From positions 384,001 through 448,000 of the forward strand of contig CAVUZH010000018.1 of assembly GCA_963745835.1 (NCBI GenBank): 64,000 nt of DNA, read 5' to 3'. This document shows positions 10,557-21,399 of this stretch, piece after piece. Origin of the DNA: an uncultured delta proteobacterium. GTDB taxonomy: Bacteria > Desulfobacterota > Binatia > UBA9968. A program made the translations under genes and the position numbers. The notes below the pieces were generated by a model. That model was not told the DNA's origin. It searched no databases and worked only from the letters and a program-made list of their open reading frames with translations. Positions within the stretch are counted from its first letter, which is position 1. Each line of letters opens with the position of its first letter.

Positions 10557-13263
10557 ATGAGCACCACTGTTCGCGTCGCGTTCCAAGGAACAAAAACACG
10601 GCGATCAAATTTATTGGTTGTACCGGCGCTGTGCGCGCTGCTTATTTTCGCGGCCGCAACCCTGGCGAGCGGCGCGGATAGCGACCGGCCCAAGAGAGTC
10701 TTGATCATTTCCACCGGAAGCCGGCTGGCGCCGGGTTTCATGCTCGTGGACCAGCAATTGACCCAAGCGTTGGCGAAAGTCCCGACGCCTATCGAAACCT
10801 ATGCGGAGAATCTCGATATCGGTCGATTTCCCACGGAACGGTTTGGGCGAATTTTTAGCGACTATCTAACAGAAAAATACGCCGAGCAGCCTCCCGACCT
10901 GATCATATTAGTGTACGTCGGCAACTTGGGGATTGCCGGGAAGTTGTTGCAGCAACGATTTCCAGGAACGCCTGTGGTCGTTGCGGGGTTCACAGAAGAA
11001 GAAGTTGGCAGGGATCAGTTTGGTCCGCTTGTCAGTGGCGTAGCGCAACGGGTCGATCCCCGCGCGACCCTGGATCTCATCGTCCGTCTACAACCCGAGA
11101 CCCGCCGCATCGTCGTCATTGCTGGCACGGCGGAGGTCGACCGTCACGTCCTTGACCGTGTGAAAGAGGCTGCGCGCTCGTTTGAGGGGCGGATCGAGTT
11201 CGATTTCTGGGACAATCGCCCATTGGCTGAATTGCGTCAGGCCGTAGCAGTTTTGCCAGCACAAACTGCCATTCTCTTTGCCAGGATGTTTCGTGACGGC
11301 TCAGGTCGGCCGGTTATTTCCGCGGAGATGGGCCGGTCGATTGCTCAGTGGGCCAACGTTCCCGTGTATGTCATGACGGAGACGACTTTAGGCACAGGCG
11401 CCGTGGGTGGATCGGTGGCGAGTCTCGAGGCTTTCGGCAAACGGGCGGGCGAGCTGGCGCGCCTCATTTTAACCAGCAAGTCGCCAGCGTCTTTGCCGTT
11501 CGAAATCCGCACAGAGAGTGTGCCGATGTTCGATTGGCGCGCGCTCAAACGCTGGGGCATCAGTGAAAACCGTCTGCCTGCCGGGCAGCGTCGTACGAGT
11601 TCAAACCGCAGTCATGTGGGAACAATATCATTGGTACATTATCGCTGCGCTATCATCATTCTTGTGCTGCAGGCGGCGATGATCGCCGAATTGCTGCTGC
11701 AGCCTCGCGCCGGCGCCGGGTGCGAAGCGGAGCTGCGAGAGAGTCAGCAATTGATGGAACTTGCTGCCAGTGCCGGCGAAGTTGGGACTGTGGTCGCGTA
11801 ATTTGACCGATGGTAAGTTTCTGGGCCAATGCACCATGCCGGTCTCTGTATGGCTTCGGCGCGCATGATGCACTCCGGTTCGATGACATGCGTGTCGCGT
11901 GTGCATCCCGATGATCGAGCCCGTATGATCTCTGAGGTCGAGCGTGCGCACAAGCGGCCGGGCTGCCATTTCAAGGAGAGTTTCGCACTGTCCTTCGCCG
12001 AACGGTGATGAACGGTGGGTGTTAGCGAAGGGCCGCATGACAACTGATCGAGCCGGCGGCGACGGGATGGGCGGAGGACTCGGTGTCCATTGGATATCAC
12101 CGAGCGCAAGCGCGCGGAGGAAGCACTGGAAGAGGAGCGGTCATTTCTCCGCCAGGTCATCGACATCGAGCCGAACTTTATCTTTGCTAAAGACCGTGAA
12201 GGGCGATTCACACTGGCGAATCGAGCGGTGGCCGATGCCTACGGCACCACAGTTGAAAACTTGATCGGTAAAACCGACGCGGATTTCAATCGCAATGCCG
12301 AGCAAGTCGAGTCCTTCAAGCGCGAAGGATCTAGAGGTGATCGACACATTGCAGGAGCGCTTCATAGCGGAAGAGCAAATCACGGATTCCCGAGGGAGAG
12401 TGCGCTGGCTCCAAACAGTGAAGCGCCCGATCATTCAAAGCGACGGTTCGGCGAAGCAAGTCCTGGGCGCATCCACCGATATAACCCGGCGCAAAGAAAC
12501 CGAATTAGAACTGCAGGAACAGCGTGCGGAGCTGGCTCACGTAGCGCGCGTCTCAATGATGGGCGAGCTTGCGGCATCGCTTGCCCACGAGTTGAACCAG
12601 CCGCTCACCGCGATTCTCAGTAACGCCCAAGCCGCTCTCCGTTTTATGTCGAGCAAACCGGCCGACCTGGAAGAGGTGCGCGAGATTCTCCAGGACATTG
12701 TCAGTGATAATAGCCGTGCCGGCGAGGTTATCCGCCGTATGCGGGCGCTGGTAAAGAAGGAAGAACTCGAGTTCGCAACGCTGGATATCGCGAGCCTCGT
12801 TCGCGATGTCATGGCCTTGGTGCACAGCGATGCGATTCTCCAAAACGTTCGAATCTCACTCGAACTTGAAGACAACCTGCCGCCGGTGCGGGGCGATCGA
12901 GTGCAGCTGCAGCAGGTCGTGCTCAATATCATGTTGAATGCGTTTGATGCGATGAAGCAATGTCCGGCGAGCGAGCGCAAGGTCAAATTGCAGGCGGGGG
13001 CTCATGGCCTCGAGTCAATCAAGGTAGCTGTGACGGACTGCGGAACTGGTCTGAGCGGCGACAATCTGGACAAAATTTTTCAACCCTTTTACACGAGCAA
13101 AAAAGATGGCCTCGGTATCGGGCTGTCGATCTGTCGATCGATTGTCGAAGCCCACGGCGGACGTCTCTGGGCGGAGAACAACAACGGTGCGGGTGCAACC
13201 TTTTACTTCACCCTACCCGTGGGAGGAGGCGGCAAGCAGCCATCAGTGAACGATCATCAGTAA
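10557..13263 (+). CDS. Sensor histidine kinase: periplasmic ABC-substrate-binding-like domain, TM, PAS domains, FixL/NodV-type HisKA-HATPase; several frameshifts
   Basis: Fragments 10557..11801, 12090..12623 and 12295..13263; DITERK PAC motifs; AHELNQPL H-box, LNIMLNAFDAM N-box, DCGTG, FQPFYTSK, GLGIGLSIC. Confidence 0.85.
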
Positions 13264-13314
13264 ACAGTAGACACACAGCGCGACAAAACCTCCCCTTCCC
13301 CCCTTCTCCCCCGC

Positions 13315-13334
13315 CATTGGACCAAAGTCCAATA
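13315..13334. promoter_or_regulatory. Palindromic operator site 2 (CATTGGACCAAAGTCCAATA)
   Basis: Upstream of the receiver gene; TAGAGT begins 21 nt downstream. Confidence 0.85.
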
Positions 13335-13383
13335 TACACGCTTTCCTGCCGTCGCTAGAGTCGGTTTTCAGCACGATTACACG

Positions 13384-13812
13384 ATGTATTTTATTAATGC
13401 TGGCGACAACTGCGGACAGGTCAATGCCTTGACAGAATCCAAGCCCCTGATCGCTATCGTAGATGATGATGAATCTGTTTGCCGCGCGCTGAGACGGCTG
13501 CTGCGGTCGTTGACTATGGACGCAGAAACCTTCAGCTCGGGGCAAGAACTTCTCGATTCACTTGATGCGACGCCTTCATTTCAGCCCGACTGTTTGGTTG
13601 TCGATGTGCAAATGCCGGGAATGAACGGCTTTGACGTGCAGGATCGGCTCACCACGGCCGGCAGCACGATCCCATTGATTTTTATCACGGCGCACGACCA
13701 GGTCGGAGTCCGTGAGAAGGCACTGGCCGCCGGGGCGGTGGCCTTCTTGCGTAAGCCCATCGGCGATGAATTGCTCATAGAGACGTTGCGTGAAGCCCTG
13801 AAAAGCAAGTGA
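13384..13812 (+). CDS. Single-domain response regulator (FixJ-like receiver, no DNA-binding domain)
   Basis: IVDDD, DVQMPGMNG (phospho-Asp), ITAH, FLRKP; true start may be slightly downstream. Confidence 0.9.
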   Translation: MYFINAGDNCGQVNALTESKPLIAIVDDDESVCRALRRLLRSLTMDAETFSSGQELLDSLDATPSFQPDCLVVDVQMPGMNGFDVQDRLTTAGSTIPLIFITAHDQVGVREKALAAGAVAFLRKPIGDELLIETLREALKSK

Positions 13813-14215
13813 TCCGGCAGCATCAAATCGATCCGGACGTCTCGAAAACAGGAAACCCGAATACTGGAACAACATTTTTTATCGAATTACGAGCTTGCTG
13901 GGGGCGGATAAGGTTTACGTTCAAGGGCCTGAACGATTGTTCCGGAAACCGGCTGCCCAAGCTGGGTTTGGTGGTGCGTGGAGGACGGGCGCGGTGAATA
14001 CGGTGCGGTGTCAACATAGTCGTTTTGCCCAGTGGGACCAATGAAGCCGGAACTCGATAACCTGGGGCCCGCGCGGGTTAAATCAAGATGAAGAAACCCG
14101 GCCATCGAAACGGATGTAAGACTTAGAAAGCCATGAAGCGGAGATACGAAAATCCTCCTGATCAGTCCGTTGGATGGGTTGCGTCTATAACCACGGCGGA
14201 AGAAGAAGGTTCACG

Positions 14216-15543
14216 ATGAAGGCGAAAGTTGGTACACGGCTGTTGGCCTGGCTTATGGTCGCGCTTCTCACGGTCCCGTCGGGTTCTCTGGGCCAGGAGC
14301 CGCAGGCTGGAGCAGTCTTCAGGCCGGAAGAATTGGAGCAGGTTTTGGCGCCGATCGCGCTGTATCCGGATCCACTGGTTTCGCAAATCTTGATGGCATC
14401 GACCTATCCGCTGGAGGTCGCGATCGCCGACCGCTGGACAAAACAAAACAGCAGCCTTAAGGGCGACGCGTTAACCAAGGCACTTGAAGCGCAAGACTGG
14501 GATGCGAGTGTAAAGTCGCTGGTGAACTTTCCTCAGGTGCTCACAATGATGAGCGACAAGCTCGACTGGACGCAAAAAATGGGGGATGCCTTTTTGCAGG
14601 ATCAAAAAAAGGTCTTGGATACGATCCAGAGCCTGCGCGCCAAAGCACAGGCGTCCGGGAATCTCCAGACGACCAAAGAACAAACCGTAATCGTCGAAGA
14701 GAAGATTATAAAGATCGAACCGGCTAGTCCTCAAGTCGTTTACGTACCGACATATAACCCTACGGTCGTGTATGGCGCGTGGCCCTACCCGGCTTATCCG
14801 CCGTATTCCTACTATCCGCCCGGATACGTAGCTACGACCGCTGCGTTTTCCTTTGCAGCGGGCGTGGCCATGGGCGCGGCGTGGGGCTACGCCTGGGGTG
14901 GCTGCAACTGGAACGGGGGCGATGTCGATGTCGACGTCAACCGCAACACGACTATTAATAACAATATCAACCGAGACCAAGCCAAGCAGAAGCTCCAGGA
15001 AAGGGGACAGGCTAATCAAGCAGGACAGGGAAAATGGCAGCACAATCCGGAAAATCGCAAAGGCGTTTCCTATAGGGACCAGGGAACGGCAGAAAAATAC
15101 AACAGAGCAAGTAGCAATGATGCGGTCAAGTCAAGGGAGGAGTTTCGCGGACGGTCGGACCAGGGGAGACAAGACCTTGCCCGCGATGGAGGCGGAGATC
15201 GCGGCGGGGTTGGAGACCGAGGTGGGGTTGGAGATCGCGGCGGAGCGGGCGGTCAAGGAGGAGTTGGCGATCGCGGAGGTGCCGGAGATCGCGGTGGCGC
15301 CGGCGATCGTGGAGGGCCGGGTGATCGAAGTGGCCCGAGTCAAGTCGCCAGCAGTGGTGGGGCCAGTAGAGGCGGCGCCGGAAGCGGGGCCGGCGCCTTT
15401 GAAGGCGTCGATCGCGGTGGTAGCGCAGCGCGTAGCGCCAGCGAGCGCGGCAGCGCCAGCCGCGGAAGCTCTGGCGGCGGTGGGGCAAGGGCGGTGGGGG
15501 CGGCGGCGCGAGAGGTGGAGGCGGCGGGGGACGACGAAGATAG
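14216..15543 (+). CDS. DUF3300 domain protein with Gly/Arg-rich (GDRGG)n tail; frameshift near 15485
   Basis: LAPIALYPDPLVSQILMASTYPLE, WDASVKSL, VYVPTYNP; the alternative frame ends GGGGGGRRR* at 15543. Confidence 0.85.
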
Positions 15544-15703
15544 ATTATTTCCGTGGCCGGGCTGTCAGGTTTCGGGTTGGAAAAATGGAACACTGGAAGG
15601 ATGGAACGTGGAAGGATGAATTAAATGAAATACCGGTGTTCCGGTGTTAGCGTCGGCCTTAGGAAGCTGCGATGCTTGCGCTCATTTTCAGATGGGGGAA
15701 AAG

Positions 15704-16669
15704 ATGGAATTTTCGAAGTTGCGCGCAAATAAGAAGAAATCGATCCGACAGCGCGTTCGTCTGACACTTTACACTGCGGTGATCCTGACGTTCGTATGCG
15801 CCGCAACGTCCTTTGTGGCGCTCGCCCAGCAAAAGAGTTTCTCCTCGGCCGAAGAGGCTGTCGAAGCCGCGGTGACGGCGGCGCGAAATAACAACGAGAA
15901 GGAGATGCTGGCGATTTTTGGCGCTCAAGCGAAAGGACTATTGTTTTCGGCCGATCCCGTTGCCGACAAACATAGGCGCGAGGAGTTTCTTGATGCCTAT
16001 GCCGAAAGTCACCGGCTCGTCAGCGAAGGGCAACACACGATTTTGCTCGTGGGCAAGCAGGATTGGCCCTTACCGATCCCCCTCGTGAAAAGAGGTAACG
16101 CCTGGATTTTCGATACCGAGGAAGGCAAGGAGGAGATTCTAAACCGGAGGATCGGCGAGAACGAGCTGTACACGATCAAAACATTGCTGGCGGTTGTCGA
16201 TGCCCAGCGCGAGTACGCGATGGAAGACCGCGACCGCGATGGCCTTTTGGAGTATGCGCAGAAATTCGTAAGCGACCCCGGCAAAAAAAATGGCTTGTAC
16301 TGGGAGGCGAAGCCCGGGGAACGACAGAGTCCTCTGGGACCAATCATGGCGCGGGCGCGAAGCGAGGGCTATAAAGGACAGGCGTCAACCACGGCGCCTC
16401 CCTATCACGGCTACTATTACAGAATCTTAACAACGCAGGGTAAGAACGCGCCCGGCGGCGCTTACAGCTATCTTGTGAAAGGCAAAATGATTGGCGGCTT
16501 TGCCGTGGTTGCCTATCCGGCGGAGTACGGGAACTCCGGTGTGATGACCTTCGTCGTCAACCACGATGGCAATGTCTTTCAGAAGAACCTGGGTAAAAAC
16601 ACCGTCGCAACCGGCAAGAGCATGAAAGAATACAATGTCGATCCAACATGGAGCGAAGTTAAGGAGTGA
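15704..16669 (+). CDS. DUF2950 domain protein
   Basis: WPLPIPLV, RRIGENE, YAQKFVSDPGKKNGLYW, PYHGYYYRIL, YGNSGVMTF; usual partner of DUF3300. Confidence 0.88.
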   Translation: MEFSKLRANKKKSIRQRVRLTLYTAVILTFVCAATSFVALAQQKSFSSAEEAVEAAVTAARNNNEKEMLAIFGAQAKGLLFSADPVADKHRREEFLDAYAESHRLVSEGQHTILLVGKQDWPLPIPLVKRGNAWIFDTEEGKEEILNRRIGENELYTIKTLLAVVDAQREYAMEDRDRDGLLEYAQKFVSDPGKKNGLYWEAKPGERQSPLGPIMARARSEGYKGQASTTAPPYHGYYYRILTTQGKNAPGGAYSYLVKGKMIGGFAVVAYPAEYGNSGVMTFVVNHDGNVFQKNLGKNTVATGKSMKEYNVDPTWSEVKE

Positions 16670-16843
16670 CGGGAAATAAAAGCCAGGTGCCGTGGGTCAG
16701 TGTTACTACCCGAGAGTCTTACCAGTGCAAATATCCGGGAAGAATCCCGGCGAAAGGGTGCAAGATTGTCAACGCAGTCGATCGGATCGAAGAAACAGAC
16801 TGGGCAAAGCTTCAGACGCAAACCGTTGCTTGTATGCGGTTTA

Positions 16844-17233
16844 TTGAAAGCGCAGCGAGCTATACAATTTCACTCGGTCTGCGGATGGTTCCAGCGAGTC
16901 GGCGCGTCGCTTGCGGTGATCATGGTCAGCGGCTGGGTGCTCGCAGGGTGCGTTGTTTACGAGCCGCCGCCGGCTCCGCCGCCTAGCCCGTTTGATCGTG
17001 CCTGGAACGCAGCACTAGGCGCAACGCAAGATGAAGGTGTGCGGGTGACCTCTGCAGACCGAGGAAGCGGAGTGATCAGAGGTTCTCGAGACCAGCAAGA
17101 GGTAACAATCAACATGCAGACTCAGGCCGATGGCAGCGTGCGCGTCGAGATGAGCGCACGCGGTCCGAAGGGAGCTGACCCGGGACTCGCCGATAGGATA
17201 TCGCGCGCCTACGACAGGCGCATGGGCCGGTGA
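16844..17233 (+). CDS. Small putative lipoprotein
   Basis: Hydrophobic stretch, LAGC lipobox, Pro-rich linker; start uncertain. Confidence 0.6.
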   Translation: MKAQRAIQFHSVCGWFQRVGASLAVIMVSGWVLAGCVVYEPPPAPPPSPFDRAWNAALGATQDEGVRVTSADRGSGVIRGSRDQQEVTINMQTQADGSVRVEMSARGPKGADPGLADRISRAYDRRMGR

Positions 17234-17242
17234 TAAACGAGG

Positions 17243-17275
17243 TTAACGGAGCGACTCTCGGAGTTGCTCCGTTAA
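17243..17275 (+). terminator. 15-bp stem hairpin after the lipoprotein gene
   Basis: TTAACGGAGCGACTC-TCG-GAGTTGCTCCGTTAA, followed shortly by T-rich sequence. Confidence 0.55.
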
Positions 17276-17338
17276 GCACCTTTCGAGCTTTTTCAGGCCT
17301 CGAACGCTTCACGAATACTCGAAGTACCTGCCCCTCTT

Positions 17339-17358
17339 AATTGGACCAAGGTCCAACA
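17339..17358. promoter_or_regulatory. Palindromic operator site 3 (AATTGGACCAAGGTCCAACA)
   Basis: Upstream of 17465; TACAAA begins 20 nt downstream. Confidence 0.85.
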
Positions 17359-17464
17359 GGCGGCCATTTAACTCCCGCTACAAATCCTTCTCAAGCAAAA
17401 TCGGTATTCCAGCGCGGATTAGTGATGATGCTCAGTTCGGCAGCTTTAATGGAGGTGAATAGAA

Positions 17465-17908
17465 ATGAATAACTATCTCTTTAGATCAGCACGCGTCGTG
17501 TTGGTACTTGCCGTGATGCTCGCCGTTCCGGCTCCGCAGCTTTACGCGATCGACAGCAGCAACCGTTACTTCGCCTATGGGTTAGGGCAACGAAGCTGCG
17601 AGGACTACGTCAAGTTCAGAGAGAAAAAGCTCGAGACCCTGGCGCGAAAACACGAGCGTTACACACAGGAGGAGCTGTACGAGATCGTCGATAAGATCGT
17701 CGAGCACTGGATCGCTGGATTTCTCACCGCCCACAATCTCTACGTCAGCGATACTTATGATGTCGTGGGAAACTCCAATATGGATGATCTAAAAGCCCGG
17801 TTGGAGAAGAGTTGCCGGGCAAACAGCAAGCAATATTTCGCCGAGGCTGTGATAACCCTCGTGCAATCGCTACATCCCCAACGAGTCAAGGTGGATAGCG
17901 GAAAATGA
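17465..17908 (+). CDS. Secreted hypothetical protein with a Cys pair (HdeA/HdeB- or Rap1a-like pattern)
   Basis: Signal peptide; SCEDY...WIAGFL...SCRAN; GGAGG RBS. Confidence 0.7.
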   Translation: MNNYLFRSARVVLVLAVMLAVPAPQLYAIDSSNRYFAYGLGQRSCEDYVKFREKKLETLARKHERYTQEELYEIVDKIVEHWIAGFLTAHNLYVSDTYDVVGNSNMDDLKARLEKSCRANSKQYFAEAVITLVQSLHPQRVKVDSGK

Positions 17909-17974
17909 GTGTCAGATTTTCGGGTCTCAGGATTCTGAGTTGACGAAGATTTATCGAACGGTAAGGAGCGAGAG

Positions 17975-18310
17975 ATGAAGAAAACTGCCACGCCCATCGG
18001 CGCGATCTTATTAATCATGTTTTTTTCCGGTTGCTCCGAGCCGCTGACGACTCGCGAAAAGGGCGCTGCCATCGGCACTGTCGGAGGCGCCGGTCTGGGT
18101 GCGATCATCGGTAGCGCTACTGGCAATGCGGGCGCCGGCGCGGGAATTGGCGCGGCCGTGGGACTACTCGGCGGAGCCGTGATCGGTGACCAGATGCAAT
18201 CCCGGCAGAAGCAGGACGAAGAACTGCAACGGCGTATAGCGGCGCAGCAAGCTGAAATCGACAGGCAAGAACGGGAGCTGAACCAACTCAAAGCGCAGCA
18301 GGCCCGGTAA
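17975..18310 (+). CDS. Glycine-zipper lipoprotein
   Basis: FSGC lipobox, GxxxG repeats, C-terminal coiled coil. Confidence 0.85.
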   Translation: MKKTATPIGAILLIMFFSGCSEPLTTREKGAAIGTVGGAGLGAIIGSATGNAGAGAGIGAAVGLLGGAVIGDQMQSRQKQDEELQRRIAAQQAEIDRQERELNQLKAQQAR

Positions 18311-18412
18311 CATGAAGACACTCCTACTCGAGCAATTCGGATCTTGGATCTCGGCCCCCTTCATGATCCTCGCCACGGTCAAGAAGACCGATCTCATTGC
18401 AACGTTGGCTCT

Positions 18413-18432
18413 TATTGGACCAAGGTCCAATA
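18413..18432. promoter_or_regulatory. Palindromic operator site 4 (TATTGGACCAAGGTCCAATA)
   Basis: Consensus copy; TAGAAG begins 21 nt downstream; precedes the 18575/aspT unit. Confidence 0.88.
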
Positions 18433-18574
18433 TAAACCCTCTTCAAAGTTCGCTAGAAGCATCTCGTGTATTGTGGCGTGGCGTCACTCGAAGTGTCGCA
18501 CAACGTGGCTGCGAAAGTTTTTATGTGGCTTGTGCGGAAGCTATGCTCGTGACTTTTCGGGCTGGGAGAAAACA

Positions 18575-19030
18575 GTGGATCGCACGGTAATCGGGTCCTT
18601 ATTCGTGGCGAGTCTTTTGCTGCTCTTAAATGTTTCATCTGCTCCTGCGCAGGTGCCGGATGGCACACTAAAGATAACTGCCAGATCGGTCGCGCCGGGG
18701 GTCGGGCTCTCATGGGGCGAAGGCGTGTTGACCTATAAAGATCAGGATTATCCTTTCACATTCGAGGCGAAAGGGCTTTTTCGAGATGTCGATGACAAGA
18801 TTACAGCTGCAGAGCTCTCCGGTGAGGTTTTCAATTTGAAAAGTCTGGCAGTCTTTAGCGGCACGTACCACAAGGATGAAGCGGATACTTCAGATCTGGC
18901 TGGCGGCAGTCGAGCCATAATGAAGAATCTCAATGGTGTGGTTGTAAACCTGGTGTCGACGGTTGAAGGCCGCAAGTTCATTCTTGGCCGTGATGGCATC
19001 ACTATAAAACTCAAAGAGCACAAACCCTGA
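18575..19030 (+). CDS. Secreted DUF1134/EipA-like protein
   Basis: GTG after GGAGA; GVGLSWGEGVLTY, GEVFNL, FSGTY, MKNLNGVVVNL. Confidence 0.65.
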   Translation: MDRTVIGSLFVASLLLLLNVSSAPAQVPDGTLKITARSVAPGVGLSWGEGVLTYKDQDYPFTFEAKGLFRDVDDKITAAELSGEVFNLKSLAVFSGTYHKDEADTSDLAGGSRAIMKNLNGVVVNLVSTVEGRKFILGRDGITIKLKEHKP

Positions 19031-19140
19031 GAAGGGCGCCGATCGGAGAAATATCGATTCGGTTGCAACTCTCCTTGCGCAACTCACCGATGAGACGAGT
19101 TTGATTTGCAAAGATACACGACCATGCGGAGGCAGCAACC

Positions 19141-20844
19141 ATGGATCCGCTTGTTAAAGCGTTGCAGCAAAATCCGGAACTGGCCATCTTTCTCACACTC
19201 GCCATCGGTTTTTCGCTCGGCCGCGTTAAGATCGGCAGCTTCAGCTTGGGAACTGTCGTTGGCACTCTTTTCGCCGGTGTATTGGTCGGACAGCTCGATA
19301 TCAAAGTTCCATCACTGGTAAAGACCGTCTTTTTTGATCTCTTTCTCTTTACGACCGGCTACAAAGTCGGACCGCAATTTTTTCGCGGCCTCAAGGGCGA
19401 CGCACTGCCTCAGATGGCGCTCACGTTAGTCCTCTGCACAACCTGTCTTGCGACGGCTTTCTTCGCGGCCAAGCTCCTTGGCTACGACATCGGTACGACA
19501 GCCGGCTTGCTGGCGGGAGCTTTTACCGAATCGACTGTGATCGGTACGGCGGGAGATGCGATCAATCGGCTGGCGATTTCAGCGGAAGAGAAAAGCCGCC
19601 TTTTAAATAATATTCCCGTTGCTTATGCGGTTACTTACCTCGTCGGAACCACGGCGGTTGTCTGGTTCCTTCCGAAAATTGGACCGAAGTTAATGGGGGT
19701 AAACCTCAAGGATGAGGCCAAGAAGATGCAGGCCCAAGTGTCGGGTGGAGTGGAGGCACAGCCTGGTATCATATCTGCCTCCCGCTCCTTCGATGTACGC
19801 GCCTATCGCGTAACCAACGAAAAACTTTTTAACAAAACCATCGCCGAGCTCGAGGCGATGCCTCAGGAGGTCAGAGTTTTCATTCAGCGCATCCGCCGCG
19901 AGGGCGCAATCATTGAACCCGAACCCCAGACGGTTATTCGCCAAGGCGATGTCATCGCAGTGATGGCGAGGCCTGAGGTTCTGGTCGAGCGCAGCAGCGT
20001 CGTGGGACCTGAGATCGACGACAAAGGGCTGCTCGATTTCCCCATTGAGGTGCTCGATGTTGTAATGACAAATAAAACTCTCGTCGATAAGACCCTCGAC
20101 AAACTATCGAAATCGGAGCCGTGGCGAACGCATTTTCGCGGGGTCTTTTTGCGTAAGCTCACACGCGCGGGACAAGAGATGCCGATTACTCGCACGACGC
20201 AAGTCGAACGCGGCGACGTGTTGAGTCTGGTGGGTGCCAAAGGCGATGTCGATCGTGCCGTCGCCGTCCTGGGTTATGCCGACTGGCCAACCAGCGCCAC
20301 GGACATGATCTTCGTCGGCACCGGTATCTTTGTCGGCGGGCTCGTCGGTCTTCTTACTGTCACCGTCGCCGGCCTCCCAATTACGCTTACGGCCAGCGGC
20401 GGCGCCCTCATCATGGGGCTGGTCTTCGGCTGGCTACGATCCATGTTCCCCGTGTTCGGCCGCATACCCGAAGCTGCTATGTGGGTTTTCGACATGGTCG
20501 GGTTGAGCGTTTTCATCGGCGTAGTCGGCCTGAGCGCAGGGCCGAGCTTTATTGCCGGGCTTCAGGAGTCCGGCATTAGCCTTGTCTTCGTAGGTTTTGT
20601 CGCGGCGTTGCTCCCTCACGCCGTGGCCATTCTCTTCGGTCGATATGTCTTGAAGATGAATCCGGTGATCCTATTGGGTGCCTGCTCGGGGGCCGGCACG
20701 ATGACGGCTGCATTGCGCGCGATCCAAGACGAGGCGCAGAGCAAGTTGCCCGCTTTGGGCTATACGGTGCCTTACGCTGTCGGCAACATTATTCTCACTG
20801 CTTGGGGACCGGTCATCGTCGCTTTGATGTCGGTTGGGAAGTGA
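19141..20844 (+). CDS. aspT: Aspartate:alanine antiporter (AspT/YidE family, two TrkA-C domains)
   Basis: GYKVGPQFF, AGAFTESTVIG, AYAVTYLVG, LGYTVPYAVGNI. Confidence 0.88.
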   Translation: MDPLVKALQQNPELAIFLTLAIGFSLGRVKIGSFSLGTVVGTLFAGVLVGQLDIKVPSLVKTVFFDLFLFTTGYKVGPQFFRGLKGDALPQMALTLVLCTTCLATAFFAAKLLGYDIGTTAGLLAGAFTESTVIGTAGDAINRLAISAEEKSRLLNNIPVAYAVTYLVGTTAVVWFLPKIGPKLMGVNLKDEAKKMQAQVSGGVEAQPGIISASRSFDVRAYRVTNEKLFNKTIAELEAMPQEVRVFIQRIRREGAIIEPEPQTVIRQGDVIAVMARPEVLVERSSVVGPEIDDKGLLDFPIEVLDVVMTNKTLVDKTLDKLSKSEPWRTHFRGVFLRKLTRAGQEMPITRTTQVERGDVLSLVGAKGDVDRAVAVLGYADWPTSATDMIFVGTGIFVGGLVGLLTVTVAGLPITLTASGGALIMGLVFGWLRSMFPVFGRIPEAAMWVFDMVGLSVFIGVVGLSAGPSFIAGLQESGISLVFVGFVAALLPHAVAILFGRYVLKMNPVILLGACSGAGTMTAALRAIQDEAQSKLPALGYTVPYAVGNIILTAWGPVIVALMSVGK

Positions 20845-21027
20845 ACATTCAATCAGACGCGCGGGAGCAAGGTTATACATAAAGCAAGTCCGTCCATGAG
20901 CGCGATCAATTACTACTCGGCGCGCTGTACGCTATAGCAGGGTCGAAGCAGCATCAAGCCCCAAAGACATCAAGACGATAATAGGTTCATTATCAACTAC
21001 GATTTCCCTTTGATGTGAGGAGGCGCT

Positions 21028-21399
21028 ATGCCATTTACGATCGTTGACGCGGCGGGACCGATTATCAGCGCAAAGATCAGCGGCGAACTCGGCAAGTCCG
21101 AGGTCAGTCAATTGCAGGCTGCAGCGCTTGGCGCAATCAAGCGTCATGGCAAGATCAGCGCGCTATTCATTCTTGAAAACTTTGAAGGATGGAAACAAAC
21201 GGGGGACTGGGGCGACATCACATTCATGACCGAGCACGACGAGCAAATCGTCAAAATCGCCGTGGTCGGAGCGGAAGGCTGGCGTGATATGATTTACGCC
21301 TTCCTCGCGAAAGGCTTTCGAAACGCGCAAGTCGAATACTTCCTGCCGTCCGAGCTCGCGAAAGCGCGCTCCTGGCTCGAGGAGAACAAGCGCTCCTAG
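21028..21399 (+). CDS. SpoIIAA-like STAS/SEC14 protein
   Basis: ENFEGW, KIAVVG, EYF..A..WL; GGAGG RBS. Confidence 0.85.
   Translation: MPFTIVDAAGPIISAKISGELGKSEVSQLQAAALGAIKRHGKISALFILENFEGWKQTGDWGDITFMTEHDEQIVKIAVVGAEGWRDMIYAFLAKGFRNAQVEYFLPSELAKARSWLEENKRS

Noticed and set aside
14031-14050. AGTGGGACCAATGAAGCCGG as a ninth operator before DUF3300
   Set aside because: Only the left half matches and there is no -10-like element at the conserved distance.
18344-18574. Recurrent peptide WTKVQ in several predicted ORFs
   Set aside because: It is just the translation of the DNA operator in spurious ORF extensions.
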